Assembly (NCBI GenBank): GCA_964638545.1
Contig: CAZXAM010000001.1
Location: forward strand, 83,330 to 147,329
DNA from: an uncultured Rikenellaceae bacterium
GTDB lineage: Bacteria > Bacteroidota > Bacteroidia > Bacteroidales > VadinHA17
Direction: 5' to 3'
DNA length: 64,000 nt
Shown: in pieces, positions 51,295 to 60,425 of the stretch
Numbering within the stretch: the stretch's first letter is position 1
Layout: each line of letters opens with the position of its first letter
Notes under the pieces: model-generated
Told to the model about the DNA's origin: nothing
Database searches by the model: none
The model's input: the letters and a program-made list of their open reading frames with translations, nothing else
Translations under genes and position numbers: made by a program

Positions 51295-52536
51295 TTATTT
51301 CTGATAAACCGACTTCACACTGTAATATGCTTTTTTCGGCTTCATCTCCCTGTCGAAAAGAAGCGGATAATCAGTCCTTCCGCGTACGGGGAATCCGTTA
51401 AGCCAGGTCATCCCGTCGTGCAGGCCCCAGAATGTGACTGAAGTTATCTTTCTGGCATTTTTGTGCATAACCTCAAAGAAAGTCTTATATTTCTCTGCAA
51501 GCAGGTCCTCTACCTCCTTTGAATATGGCTGGGTTTCCTTAACCTGGTTCTTTGCCCCGTCGCCGTGGAAATTGGAATATGTAGTTACATCGAGCTCTGT
51601 CATCTGTACTTCGAGGCCGAGTTTTGCAAAACGCTTAATGGCTGTGTTAAGCATTTTACCAGTCACCTCCTTGCTCCAGTGAGCCTGCATTCCGACACCA
51701 TCGACAGGAACACCTGCATCCTTCATCCCCTTCAGCAGAGTAATGGCACGCTCGAGTTTTGCAGGATCGACAAGATTATAATCGTTATATATCAGTTTTA
51801 CATCAGGGTTAATGCTGTGTGCAATACGGAAAGCTTCAGGAATAAAATCCGGACCGCATATCTGATACCACGTGCTTGTTGTCCTTAAAAGGTTATCGGG
51901 AGAGTCGGAGAGTGCCTCATTGACCACATCCCAGCAAAATATGACATCTTTATAGCGGTTCATCACGGCAGTCATATAAATTCTCAGCCTTTCATAAAGC
52001 TGTTCTTTGGTAAGCTGGTTTCCCTTATCGTCTGTAAAGAATGCGGCGGGAGTCTGGCTGTGCCATACAAGAGTATGTCCGCGTATGGTCATTTTATTCT
52101 GCCTTGCAAAATCTGCAATACGGTCGGCTGATGCCCAGTTGAATATCAGTCCGTTTATGGTATCGAGTTTCAGGGGACCCTGCTGGAATCCGCCAAATCC
52201 CTGCGGCGGCATTCCGCCCTGTGGAGGCTGGCCCTGCTGGCCTGCCTGAGGCGCGCCGGCCGGCCTCTGCTGTGCATTCTGGCCCTGAGGAGCCATGGCA
52301 GGACGAGGAAAATAAAGCAGGTTCTGTGGTTTCATCTCGTTTTCACAGGTGAGTGTGTTGAAGTTGCTTAAAACCATCTTCCCTGCTTCTCCGGTGATTG
52401 TTCGTGCGTTAACGGCCACACCGACTAAAAAATCTTTTTTGAAAAGTTCCTTGAGAGGAACAAAGCCGGGGTCTGACTGAGCCGAAACTGTCAGCCCCAG
52501 CGTTATGGCAATAAATAATCCGGATAGTTTTTTCAT
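51295..52536 (-). CDS. GH10 endo-beta-1,4-xylanase with a low-complexity insert in the catalytic domain
   Basis: Signal peptide plus the GH10 landmarks ENEMKP, IRGHTLVWHSQ, CWDVVNE (acid/base) and QMTELDV (nucleophile). A P/Q/G/A-rich segment of about 55 aa (PRPAMAPQGQNAQQRPAGAPQAGQQGQPPQGGMPPQGFGGFQQGP) lies between ENEMKPQNL and FNW. Confidence 0.85.
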   Translation of the reverse strand: MKKLSGLFIAITLGLTVSAQSDPGFVPLKELFKKDFLVGVAVNARTITGEAGKMVLSNFNTLTCENEMKPQNLLYFPRPAMAPQGQNAQQRPAGAPQAGQQGQPPQGGMPPQGFGGFQQGPLKLDTINGLIFNWASADRIADFARQNKMTIRGHTLVWHSQTPAAFFTDDKGNQLTKEQLYERLRIYMTAVMNRYKDVIFCWDVVNEALSDSPDNLLRTTSTWYQICGPDFIPEAFRIAHSINPDVKLIYNDYNLVDPAKLERAITLLKGMKDAGVPVDGVGMQAHWSKEVTGKMLNTAIKRFAKLGLEVQMTELDVTTYSNFHGDGAKNQVKETQPYSKEVEDLLAEKYKTFFEVMHKNARKITSVTFWGLHDGMTWLNGFPVRGRTDYPLLFDREMKPKKAYYSVKSVYQK

Positions 52537-52600
52537 ATTTTTTATTTTTTAGTTAATAATTTGCTTCAGTCTGACGACATTTCATCAAAGCCTGATTGCC

Positions 52601-53869
52601 TTATCCCCACCAGGTTTCTCCCTCAACCAGGCACTTCATTGCAAAATCCTTATTTATCTCCACTCCCAGTCCTGGTTTGTCGGAAAGCTGGATATATCCA
52701 TCCTGGATGATTTCCCTGTCGTAAACAACCAGGGTTTCCCAGCCTGCATGTCCGTCGCGGGAATCTTGTTTATAATCATAACTCTCGTGACCGATAAAAT
52801 CAAGCATTGTTGCTGCACAGTTTGCCGAGGCAATAGTTGCTACGGGCCCCATAACATTGTGAGTGGCCACAGGCATATAATATGCATTTGCCAGGGTAGC
52901 TATCTTTTTTGCTTCGAGCAGCCCTCCTGCCATTGAGATATCGATCTCCACCATATGAACTGCCTGGTTAATAATAAATGGAAGGAAGTCGTAAAGGGTA
53001 TAGAGATTCTCTCCGCAGAGAATTGCAACCGGTGATGCTGCAGTCAGCTTTGCCCAGGTGTCGACATAGTTGATTGGCATCGGATCCTCTATCCACCATG
53101 GCCTGATGGGTTCCAGGGCTTTGGCAAAGCTCAGTGCGTCGAAAAATCCGAATTCCCAGTGGCAGTGAACTATTATTTCAAATTCCTTGCCTGCTGCCTC
53201 CCTCAGGTTAGTGTATGCCTTGATATTATTATCCATTTCGGTAAAGGAAAGACGGCGGTTCAGGGCTTCGCCTCCCGGGCGCCTTGAAATCCTGAATGGC
53301 TTGGCAGCTGTCCATTTTTGCACAGAGTTGTTGATGTATCCGATCCATTCCTTGCATGCTGCCGGATCGAGCATGTTCCTTGGCTGGCTGGTAAGATAAG
53401 CCCTGACACGGTTGGTGTAGCAACCTCCTCCGAGGATCTTCCTTAGCGGCATGCCGAGAAGTTTGCCGACAAGATCCCACAGGGCAATTTCACAACCTGT
53501 CACGGCATGCATGCCTATTCCGCCATTGCCGCCCAGGTAGGAGACCCGGAATTTCATTTGTTCTGTAAGCCGTGCAATGTCGAATGGATCCTGTTTTACC
53601 AGGATCTGTTTAAATGCATTTATTACAACGTCTTTGGCCCCCAGTCCTGTAACATCGTGATGACACTCTCCTATTCCGTACACACCGGCATCTGTCTCGA
53701 TCTTCACAAGGGGAAGGACATGGCCCCTGCCAATCTGCACCCTCATGCATTTAACATCAGTTATTCTTACCTTTCCCAGCTCGGTTTCCGCTAATCCGCT
53801 GAAAGTTGGAACCACAGCTGCAGCCGGAACGGTTGCAGCCATAGTCTTGACAAATTCATTTCTGTTCAT
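52601..53869 (-). CDS. Enolase-superfamily enzyme (mandelate racemase / muconate-lactonizing / sugar-acid dehydratase-like)
   Basis: Capping-domain start VRITDVKCMRV…IKIETDAGVYGIGE, and barrel residues consistent with MR/MLE-family proteins (…HCHWEF…, WIEDP, GENLY, HN). The N-terminal 27 aa look like a degenerate Tat-type leader. Confidence 0.65.
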   Translation of the reverse strand: MNRNEFVKTMAATVPAAAVVPTFSGLAETELGKVRITDVKCMRVQIGRGHVLPLVKIETDAGVYGIGECHHDVTGLGAKDVVINAFKQILVKQDPFDIARLTEQMKFRVSYLGGNGGIGMHAVTGCEIALWDLVGKLLGMPLRKILGGGCYTNRVRAYLTSQPRNMLDPAACKEWIGYINNSVQKWTAAKPFRISRRPGGEALNRRLSFTEMDNNIKAYTNLREAAGKEFEIIVHCHWEFGFFDALSFAKALEPIRPWWIEDPMPINYVDTWAKLTAASPVAILCGENLYTLYDFLPFIINQAVHMVEIDISMAGGLLEAKKIATLANAYYMPVATHNVMGPVATIASANCAATMLDFIGHESYDYKQDSRDGHAGWETLVVYDREIIQDGYIQLSDKPGLGVEINKDFAMKCLVEGETWWG

Positions 53870-53919
53870 ATCAGGTATAGTTTATAATAGTTATATCCGC
53901 TGCCAGGCAAAGTGAAGCT

Positions 53920-55041
53920 TTACTTATTCCTGACTGAAAACCGGTAAATAGTTCTCGACTTAAAGTTCTTTCCCGGCTCAAGTATTGTCGATGGAAATTC
54001 AGGTTGATTGGGGCTGTCGGGATAATGCTGGGTTTCGAGTGCAAATCCCGACCTGGTATTTACCGGCTTGGTTCCTGACGATGCTGCCTTCTTCCATGCT
54101 GCGCCGCTTCCCGAATAAAACTGCATCCCCGGCTGGTCGGTTATTACCTCCATCACCCGTCCGCTCTCAGGCTCGTAAACCGAAGCATCAACCTTCTTTT
54201 TATTGTCAAGGACATAATTATGGTCATAACCGTCAAAATTTGCATTTTCATATGTTTCCCCGATTTTCTCACCAATCTTCATGGGTAATGTAAAATCGAA
54301 CGGCGTTCCTTTAACGGGTTTGATCTCGCCTGTGGGTATTTTCACGGCATTGAAAGGAGTGAAAGAGGAAGCATTAAGAACCATTATATGGTCGAAAATA
54401 TACCCATTGCCGGCGCCCCTGAGATTGAAATAGGCATGATTTGTTACATTAAGAACGGTCTTTTTATCAGTGGATGCATTATAATCGATCACAATTTCAT
54501 TCTTATCGGTCCAGGTGTATGTAACCTCGATCAGGACATTCCCCGGGAATCCCTCTTCCAGGTCGGGGCTGTTATAAGAAAGCCTGACCGCAGGAAATTT
54601 CCCTTTTTCGATTATTTCAGCATCCCATACTTTTGAGAACCACCCGTTTCTGCCTCCATGAAGCGTATTCGGCCTGTTGTTTACAGGCAGATTGTATTCT
54701 ATGCCATCGAGTGTGAATTTACCGTTGGCGATCCTGTTGGCAAACCTTCCCACTATTGTTCCGCCGTACATGTCTCCCCTGATGATACCATCGAATGTTT
54801 CGGCCCCTAAGGTCACATTTGCCTTTTCACCATTTTTATCGGGAACATCAATCCTTACAATCTTAGCGCCATAATTTGTTACCTTGAGGACATTCCCTTT
54901 CTTGTTGGTCAGGGTAAAAAGATATACTTCTTTCTCATTATGATTGCCGAGGACTTCTTTTTTCACCGGTTCCTTCGAGCCATACGCCTGATTACAAATA
55001 ACAACCATCAGGACAGCAGCAATGAAATTTAAATTCTTCAT
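53920..55041 (-). CDS. Aldose 1-epimerase (galactose mutarotase family), secreted
   Basis: Family motifs are present: GRFANRIANGKFTLDGIEYNLPVNNRPNTLHGG, NVTNHAYFNL, FALETQHYPDSPN. A signal peptide is present. Confidence 0.85.
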   Translation of the reverse strand: MKNLNFIAAVLMVVICNQAYGSKEPVKKEVLGNHNEKEVYLFTLTNKKGNVLKVTNYGAKIVRIDVPDKNGEKANVTLGAETFDGIIRGDMYGGTIVGRFANRIANGKFTLDGIEYNLPVNNRPNTLHGGRNGWFSKVWDAEIIEKGKFPAVRLSYNSPDLEEGFPGNVLIEVTYTWTDKNEIVIDYNASTDKKTVLNVTNHAYFNLRGAGNGYIFDHIMVLNASSFTPFNAVKIPTGEIKPVKGTPFDFTLPMKIGEKIGETYENANFDGYDHNYVLDNKKKVDASVYEPESGRVMEVITDQPGMQFYSGSGAAWKKAASSGTKPVNTRSGFALETQHYPDSPNQPEFPSTILEPGKNFKSRTIYRFSVRNK

Positions 55042-55276
55042 AATAATTATTTTGATAAGTTAACTGTTTCCCAAATATAGAGGATTATTATTCCGGAAAT
55101 GCAGTACCATATTTGATAAATTAAGAATATTTAACGGATTAATAAGAACATCGGGATTCTTTTACAATTTTTAACAGAATAATTAATTATATTGATTGTA
55201 ATTTTGGCCGGGGCAGAATTATCTTGCATATGCATACTTATTGATTTCCAATTTATAAACCTTAAAACTCACCTGA

Positions 55277-56386
55277 ATGAAAGTAAGATCAATTTTCTCA
55301 ACACTGTTTACAATTATTGCAGTGTTATCGTTAGTTTCAGCACTATTGCTGTCGAGCAGCTGCGGCGTAGGTGGTAAAGCCGGAGAAGTTGACTCCACCT
55401 TAGGGCTGAAGGATTTTTATAAGGATTATTTCCCGATGGGAGTTGCAGTTACTCCGTACAATCTTACTGGAGAATCGGGAGAGCTGATCAAAAAGCACTT
55501 CAACAGCCTCACGGCCGAGAATGACATGAAACCACAGCTCATCCAGCCCCAGGAAGGAAACTTCAACTGGGAAGCTGCTGACAAGATCGTTGATTTTGCG
55601 GTGGCAAACGGAATGAAAGTACGCGGACATACACTCTGCTGGGATACACAGACAGGAAAATGGATGTTCGAGGATAAGGACGGCAAACCGGCGTCAAAAG
55701 AACTTGCTCTCAAGAGGCTTGAAGAACACATTAAAGCTGTTGTCACCCGATATAAAGGGAAGATTTATGCATGGGATGTCCTTAATGAGATAATTACTGA
55801 TGACCCCTCTCCTACAAAAATCTACCAGGATAATTGGCCATGGATCGAGATATGCGGAACCGATTTCGTTCCCCTGATCTTCAAATGGGCTCATGAGGCA
55901 GATCCTGACTGCCAGCTGTTCTACAACGATTACAACACCGAGAATCCCATCAAGCGCGAAAAGATCTATAATTTTCTTAAGGAGCTTCTGGATCAGGGTG
56001 TTCCGATTCACGGAGTAGGTCTGCAGGCACACTGGAACATCAATAATCCTTCGGAAGAGAATCTTCGCGCATCGATCGACAGGTTTTCATCGCTTGGCCT
56101 GAAAGTACAGTTCACGGAGCTCGATATTGCAGTCTATGCCGGGAGACGCGACACGATAGGCATAGGATTCACTCCTGAAAGGGAGCAGAAGCAGATTGAC
56201 CAGTATAATATGGTGTTTAAAGTTTTCAGGGAGAAGAAAGATAAGATCACAGGCATAACCTTCTGGAATGTATCAGACAGGGGAAGCTGGCTCGACAGAA
56301 GAAATCCGGGCGGCAAAGCTTATCCTCTTCTTTTCGACACGAACCTGAAACCCAAAAAGGCTTTCTGGGAAGTAGTGAAATTCTGA
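55277..56386 (+). CDS. GH10 endo-beta-1,4-xylanase (lipoprotein)
   Basis: GH10 landmarks are present: LTAENDMKP, VRGHTLCW, AWDVLNE, QFTELDI. The signal ends in LLLSSSC. Confidence 0.88.
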   Translation: MKVRSIFSTLFTIIAVLSLVSALLLSSSCGVGGKAGEVDSTLGLKDFYKDYFPMGVAVTPYNLTGESGELIKKHFNSLTAENDMKPQLIQPQEGNFNWEAADKIVDFAVANGMKVRGHTLCWDTQTGKWMFEDKDGKPASKELALKRLEEHIKAVVTRYKGKIYAWDVLNEIITDDPSPTKIYQDNWPWIEICGTDFVPLIFKWAHEADPDCQLFYNDYNTENPIKREKIYNFLKELLDQGVPIHGVGLQAHWNINNPSEENLRASIDRFSSLGLKVQFTELDIAVYAGRRDTIGIGFTPEREQKQIDQYNMVFKVFREKKDKITGITFWNVSDRGSWLDRRNPGGKAYPLLFDTNLKPKKAFWEVVKF

Positions 56387-56434
56387 TAGTTGTTTCGTAA
56401 GTTATTGAAGAACTTACACGGAGGAGAACCAGAG

Positions 56435-56525
56435 TCCCGATAGTCATCGGGACACAGAGGGACACAGAGTAGTTAAGTTTAATGCCTCTGTGTTTCTCTG
56501 TGACTTCTCTGTGAAACTCTGTGTG
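56435..56525. repeat. Inverted cluster of CACAGAG / CTCTGTG heptamer words preceded by a 7-bp hairpin
   Basis: The sequence reads TCCCGAT-agtc-ATCGGGA CACAGAGgga CACAGAG -16 nt- CTCTGTGttt CTCTGTGactt CTCTGTGaaa CTCTGTGTG. Confidence 0.8.
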
Positions 56526-56703
56526 ATGAAAAAATGTTCTTCACAAATAAAACCAATAATATGGGGGGATTCTCGGCTTCTGAGACATCCCCTTCTTTTT
56601 ACAGTATATTGTTATTTAATTTCGTCGGGCTTCATGTCCAATTAAATTTGAAATGGTCAGGATTATTGTTGAACTTTGAATAGTTAACAATAAAAGGAGA
56701 AGC

Positions 56704-57771
56704 ATGAAAAAAATCCTTCGGATCTTTTTGCGCATTACGGTAATTCTGATAATAGGCTTCCTGAGCCTGATTGTTTACGCTCTGATCTCCGATTACAGGC
56801 CTGCGGAAAAGGAGATAATCTCACAATCCGACAATCCTTCAATACTTAACAATGCACTCACCTTTACACTTTTAACCTGGAACCTCGGTTATGCCGGACT
56901 TGATCAGAACATGGATTTTTTCAAGGATGGCGGTACAAAAGTAATAACACCTAAAGACAAGTGTCTGGATAATATTTCTGCAATTGGGAACTTCCTGAAA
57001 ATGAATGATACAATTGATTTTATTCTCCTTCAGGAAGTTGACAGGAAGAGCAAAAGAAGCTACCGGATCGATGAATACCAGGGTCTGTCAGAGAAACTCG
57101 CCGGTCACTATCCCTTCTTTGCAAAAAACTATGATGTTTTCTTCGTTCCGGTTCCGCCTGCAAAACCTATGGGAAAAGTTCTATCAGGCATAGCCATCTA
57201 TTCGAAATATATCCCGGCATCATCAACAAGATATTCTCTCCCCGGGGATTTCGGATTCCCGACCCGGCTTTTTTACCTCGACAGATGTTTTATGGTGAAC
57301 AGATATAAAATTGAAAATGGAAGGGAACTTGTAATCATCAACACCCATAACGAGGCATTCGATGAGGGTGGAACGATAAGAAAGGCTCAGATGGAGAGTC
57401 TCAGGGAATTTGTTCAGAATGAATATAAAACAGGTAATTACGTAATAACAGGAGGTGACTGGAATCAGTATCCTCCCGATTTTAAGCCTGCTTTCTCCGG
57501 AAATAAGGAATTCACGGGCCAGATAGGAAACTTCAATCTCAAAGGCATAGAATCAGACTTCCTGCCGGGGGATTGGAGATGGAATTATGATCCATCAACA
57601 CCTTCATTCCGTACACTGATGGCAGCGTATGATCCTGCGACTACGCCAACGAGTGTTTGTGATATGTTCCTGGTTTCGCCAAATATAGAATCTGTTTCTG
57701 TAAAATGCCATCATCTCGATTTTAAGAACTCGGATCACAATCCGGTTATCATTCAGGTAAAACTAAGGTAA
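56704..57771 (+). CDS. Endonuclease/exonuclease/phosphatase (EEP) family protein with an N-terminal membrane anchor
   Basis: EEP landmarks are present: LLTWNLGYAG, FILLQEVD, INTHNEAFD, GGDWN, NSDHNPV. N-terminal helix ITVILIIGFLSLIVYALI. Confidence 0.8.
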   Translation: MKKILRIFLRITVILIIGFLSLIVYALISDYRPAEKEIISQSDNPSILNNALTFTLLTWNLGYAGLDQNMDFFKDGGTKVITPKDKCLDNISAIGNFLKMNDTIDFILLQEVDRKSKRSYRIDEYQGLSEKLAGHYPFFAKNYDVFFVPVPPAKPMGKVLSGIAIYSKYIPASSTRYSLPGDFGFPTRLFYLDRCFMVNRYKIENGRELVIINTHNEAFDEGGTIRKAQMESLREFVQNEYKTGNYVITGGDWNQYPPDFKPAFSGNKEFTGQIGNFNLKGIESDFLPGDWRWNYDPSTPSFRTLMAAYDPATTPTSVCDMFLVSPNIESVSVKCHHLDFKNSDHNPVIIQVKLR

Positions 57772-57870
57772 GCAGGGCTTTGGATTAAGGGAATTTTTCA
57801 TGAAGGATTCCCTTTCAAAATTGTGGATCATCAGGGAGATCCCTCATCCCACTGTCGCGGGATGAGGGAT
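57766..57870. repeat. 105-bp perfect direct repeat, copy A (overlaps the last 6 nt of the EEP gene)
   Basis: The sequence AGGTAAGCAGGGCTTTGGATTAAGGGAATTTTTCATGAAGGATTCCCTTTCAAAATTGTGGATCATCAGGGAGATCCCTCATCCCACTGTCGCGGGATGAGGGAT is identical base for base to 60222..60326. It contains the 12-bp-stem hairpin ATCCCTCATCCC-8 nt-GGGATGAGGGAT. Confidence 0.9.
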
Positions 57871-57960
57871 TTCCCGAAATGTGCAGAAAAGAAAATTAAA
57901 GTTTGTCAGCCGGAGCTTAAGCGATAGATGATGCCGTATTCGCTGAAACCGTGTATATTT

Positions 57961-60105
57961 TTACATTTTCACTTTCCCCATGATCTCGGTAAACTCCCGG
58001 GTGGACCTGAGATTTCTGTATGATGTCGTATCCACGTTCATCAATAAAAGGAAGAATTCTTCCCTCTCTTCATATCCCATTCTGAGATAGTTCAGCGCCT
58101 CCTTATTCCGGCCTATCTCTGCCATCAGGGCTCCTATCATGCTCCGGGGAACGAATCCGGTCCTGTTCCTTGCCAATAATGTATCGAGCAATCTGCCGGT
58201 TTCATTCAGGGCGCCTGATCTGCTGTATGCAACGCCCAGATGAGTTATCGACAGCGGAGAGAAGCCTGCCAGTGTTTTCTCCAATTCCTCGATTGATTTT
58301 TTATACTCTCCCTCAAAAAGATAAATTGCCCCCAGATAATAGTGACACACTGGAAATTTCCCGACCATTTTTGTAAGCAGGGATATGGCTGAATCCTTCT
58401 CACCAGCCTTATAGAGATGCACTGCATATAAGCCGTCGTTTATTGAATATGAAGGGTCAAGATCTATGTTCATGGCACGACGATCCCATTCAACTGCCTC
58501 AGCGAATTTCCCCATGAAGAATGACATTTCAGCAAAGTATTTATATACCTCAGGATTATTGGGGGCTAATTCAAGGGCTCGTCTGTAGTTTCGTTCAGCA
58601 GTTTCAAAATTGAAATTATATAAGAGGTCAGCGACACCGATAACAAAGTAGGCGTCAGCAAGCAAACTGTCAAGTTCCAGGGCTTTGTATGCAAGTTCCA
58701 CGGATGGAGGGTACGCTTCAACCGGCCTCAGATTTGCATAAAATGCCAAAGTCCCGTAGCAACGGGCAAGTCCGGTATATGCTTTTGCAAACCCGGGATC
58801 TGCTTCAATGGCTTTCTCAAAAAGCGTTTTGGCTTTCCATAATGATTCCGGTGTGCGCTGTGCACGCAAATGCTCTCCGAGAAGAAAGTAATCATAGGCC
58901 TCCAGGTTTTCAGAAGGGATTTTCTCAATCAGGTTTTTTTCCTCAGGCTCGATGACAGCTTTCAGTTCCCTGGCAACAGTCTGTGCCACCTCACTCTGAA
59001 TGGAAAAGATGTCGGAAATGTCTTTGTCATAGATCTCCGACCATAGATGTGTATCGGTCCGGGCATCAATCAGCTGAACCGAAATACGCACATTATTGCC
59101 CATCTTCCTCACACTCCCTGCAAGGATAGCCCCAACATTCAACTCACGGGCTATCTCCTTTAACGACAGAGTAGTGTTTTTGTATCTCATAGTTGTTGTG
59201 CGGGAAGTTACTTTCAGATCGCCTATTTTAAAAAGGCGGTCAATTATCTCATCCACCATTCCATCGCTGAAATATTCCTGGTTCGGATCGTTGCTCAGGT
59301 TTGCAAACGGCAGGACAGCTATGGATTTATCAATTGCTGATGAACTTCCCGGGGAATGCTTTATTAACGGGGGAATGATAAACAAACCTGCGATCAGAAA
59401 AGTGATGAACAGGGCAGCAGGGAGTGTTATCTTTTTCCATGGAATCTTCCCTTTTTCACTTTTATTCTCTGTTATTAACGATGCCCCTGATTGAGTCTTC
59501 ACATCTGGTTTCTGAATCCCTTCAATGATCTCTTTTATTGCATTGGCAACCTTATTTATCTGATTTTTGTATCTTGTCTTATTCAAATTTTTCTTTTCAT
59601 CATCGACAGGAGTAAGCGGTCTGTTAACTCCGGGCTCTTTATAAATAAACTCGACACCACGCAGCATTCCTCCTGAAACTGATTCATATTCTTTAATATC
59701 TGCAACATCCAGGTCATGAATGCAAACCGGCAGCACCCTGCTTGCTACATTCCCGCCAGAAAGTTTTATTTTCAATCCGAACTGATCTTTCGAAGCCTGT
59801 TCAACAAACGCCCTGAACTCATGTTCCCAGGCAAATGATTTAGGATCGCAATAAGTACGGGAGATGACAGGAATGAATATCAGGCATTTCAGTTTCTCCT
59901 TCAACGATTCATCCACATCATGTGTTTCAAGCAATCCGTCGTGTGGATTGATATCGAAATAAACACTGATCTCCTCCTTGAATGTAGATTCGAGTTCCGT
60001 TTTTAATGAATCTACAAACTCACTTACCCACTGCTCACCTTTATTATCCTTCTGGCGGTAAGAGATGAAGATGTCGTAATTATATCCGGGGATCAGGCTT
60101 GGCAT
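57961..60105 (-). CDS. TIR-domain single-pass membrane receptor with TolB-N-like + TPR periplasmic tail (714 aa)
   Basis: The head is MPSLIPGYNYDIFISYRQKDNKGEQWV...IFIPVISRTYCDPKSFAWEHEF. A TM helix (ITLPAALFITFLIAGLFIIPPLI) follows, then SIAVLPFANLSNDPNQEYFSDGMVDEII...ILAGSV...VQLIDAR, then TPRs. Confidence 0.8.
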   Translation of the reverse strand: MPSLIPGYNYDIFISYRQKDNKGEQWVSEFVDSLKTELESTFKEEISVYFDINPHDGLLETHDVDESLKEKLKCLIFIPVISRTYCDPKSFAWEHEFRAFVEQASKDQFGLKIKLSGGNVASRVLPVCIHDLDVADIKEYESVSGGMLRGVEFIYKEPGVNRPLTPVDDEKKNLNKTRYKNQINKVANAIKEIIEGIQKPDVKTQSGASLITENKSEKGKIPWKKITLPAALFITFLIAGLFIIPPLIKHSPGSSSAIDKSIAVLPFANLSNDPNQEYFSDGMVDEIIDRLFKIGDLKVTSRTTTMRYKNTTLSLKEIARELNVGAILAGSVRKMGNNVRISVQLIDARTDTHLWSEIYDKDISDIFSIQSEVAQTVARELKAVIEPEEKNLIEKIPSENLEAYDYFLLGEHLRAQRTPESLWKAKTLFEKAIEADPGFAKAYTGLARCYGTLAFYANLRPVEAYPPSVELAYKALELDSLLADAYFVIGVADLLYNFNFETAERNYRRALELAPNNPEVYKYFAEMSFFMGKFAEAVEWDRRAMNIDLDPSYSINDGLYAVHLYKAGEKDSAISLLTKMVGKFPVCHYYLGAIYLFEGEYKKSIEELEKTLAGFSPLSITHLGVAYSRSGALNETGRLLDTLLARNRTGFVPRSMIGALMAEIGRNKEALNYLRMGYEEREEFFLLLMNVDTTSYRNLRSTREFTEIMGKVKM

Positions 60106-60221
60106 GGAATGATATAACTATGATAAAGTTATGAAAGAAAGATGTGCAAGTCAAATAAATTATATCATAGCTATTCATGAAATGGAAATTGCCGTCGGCT
60201 TCAGCCGACAGTAAGGGTTTC

Positions 60222-60326
60222 AGGTAAGCAGGGCTTTGGATTAAGGGAATTTTTCATGAAGGATTCCCTTTCAAAATTGTGGATCATCAGGGAGATCCCT
60301 CATCCCACTGTCGCGGGATGAGGGAT
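60222..60326. repeat. 105-bp perfect direct repeat, copy B
   Basis: Identical to 57766..57870. Together the two copies bracket a 2351-bp segment holding only the TIR gene and its upstream region. Confidence 0.9.
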
Positions 60327-60348
60327 GACAAGCTCCTCATTGGAGGTG

Positions 60349-60425
60349 GGGGGAAGAAGAGGCGATTCGCAAAACTAACTGGAAAATTAAAGAGGTTGCT
60401 GGTGCGAATCGCCTCTTCTTCCCCC
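60349..60425. repeat. Long perfect hairpin (23-bp stem, 31-nt loop)
   Basis: GGGGGAAGAAGAGGCGATTCGCA … TGCGAATCGCCTCTTCTTCCCCC, followed by TTTTT. The stem sequence is related to the 20-bp stem at 11283..11357. Confidence 0.8.

Noticed and set aside
40709-56525. A possible CRISPR array, suggested by the heptamer-repeat clusters at 40.7, 51.1 and 56.5 kb
   Set aside because: The repeats are 7-nt words with 2-5-nt gaps, arranged as inverted halves. They are not 25-40-nt direct repeats separated by unique spacers, and no cas genes are present.
56704-57771. The EEP phosphoesterase and the 5'-nucleotidase (19216-20886) as signal-degrading partners of the TIR proteins
   Set aside because: This is pure guilt by proximity. 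The EEP gene is convergent with the TIR gene and separated from it by the repeat boundary. The nucleotidase is 5 kb from any TIR gene, in a different operon context.
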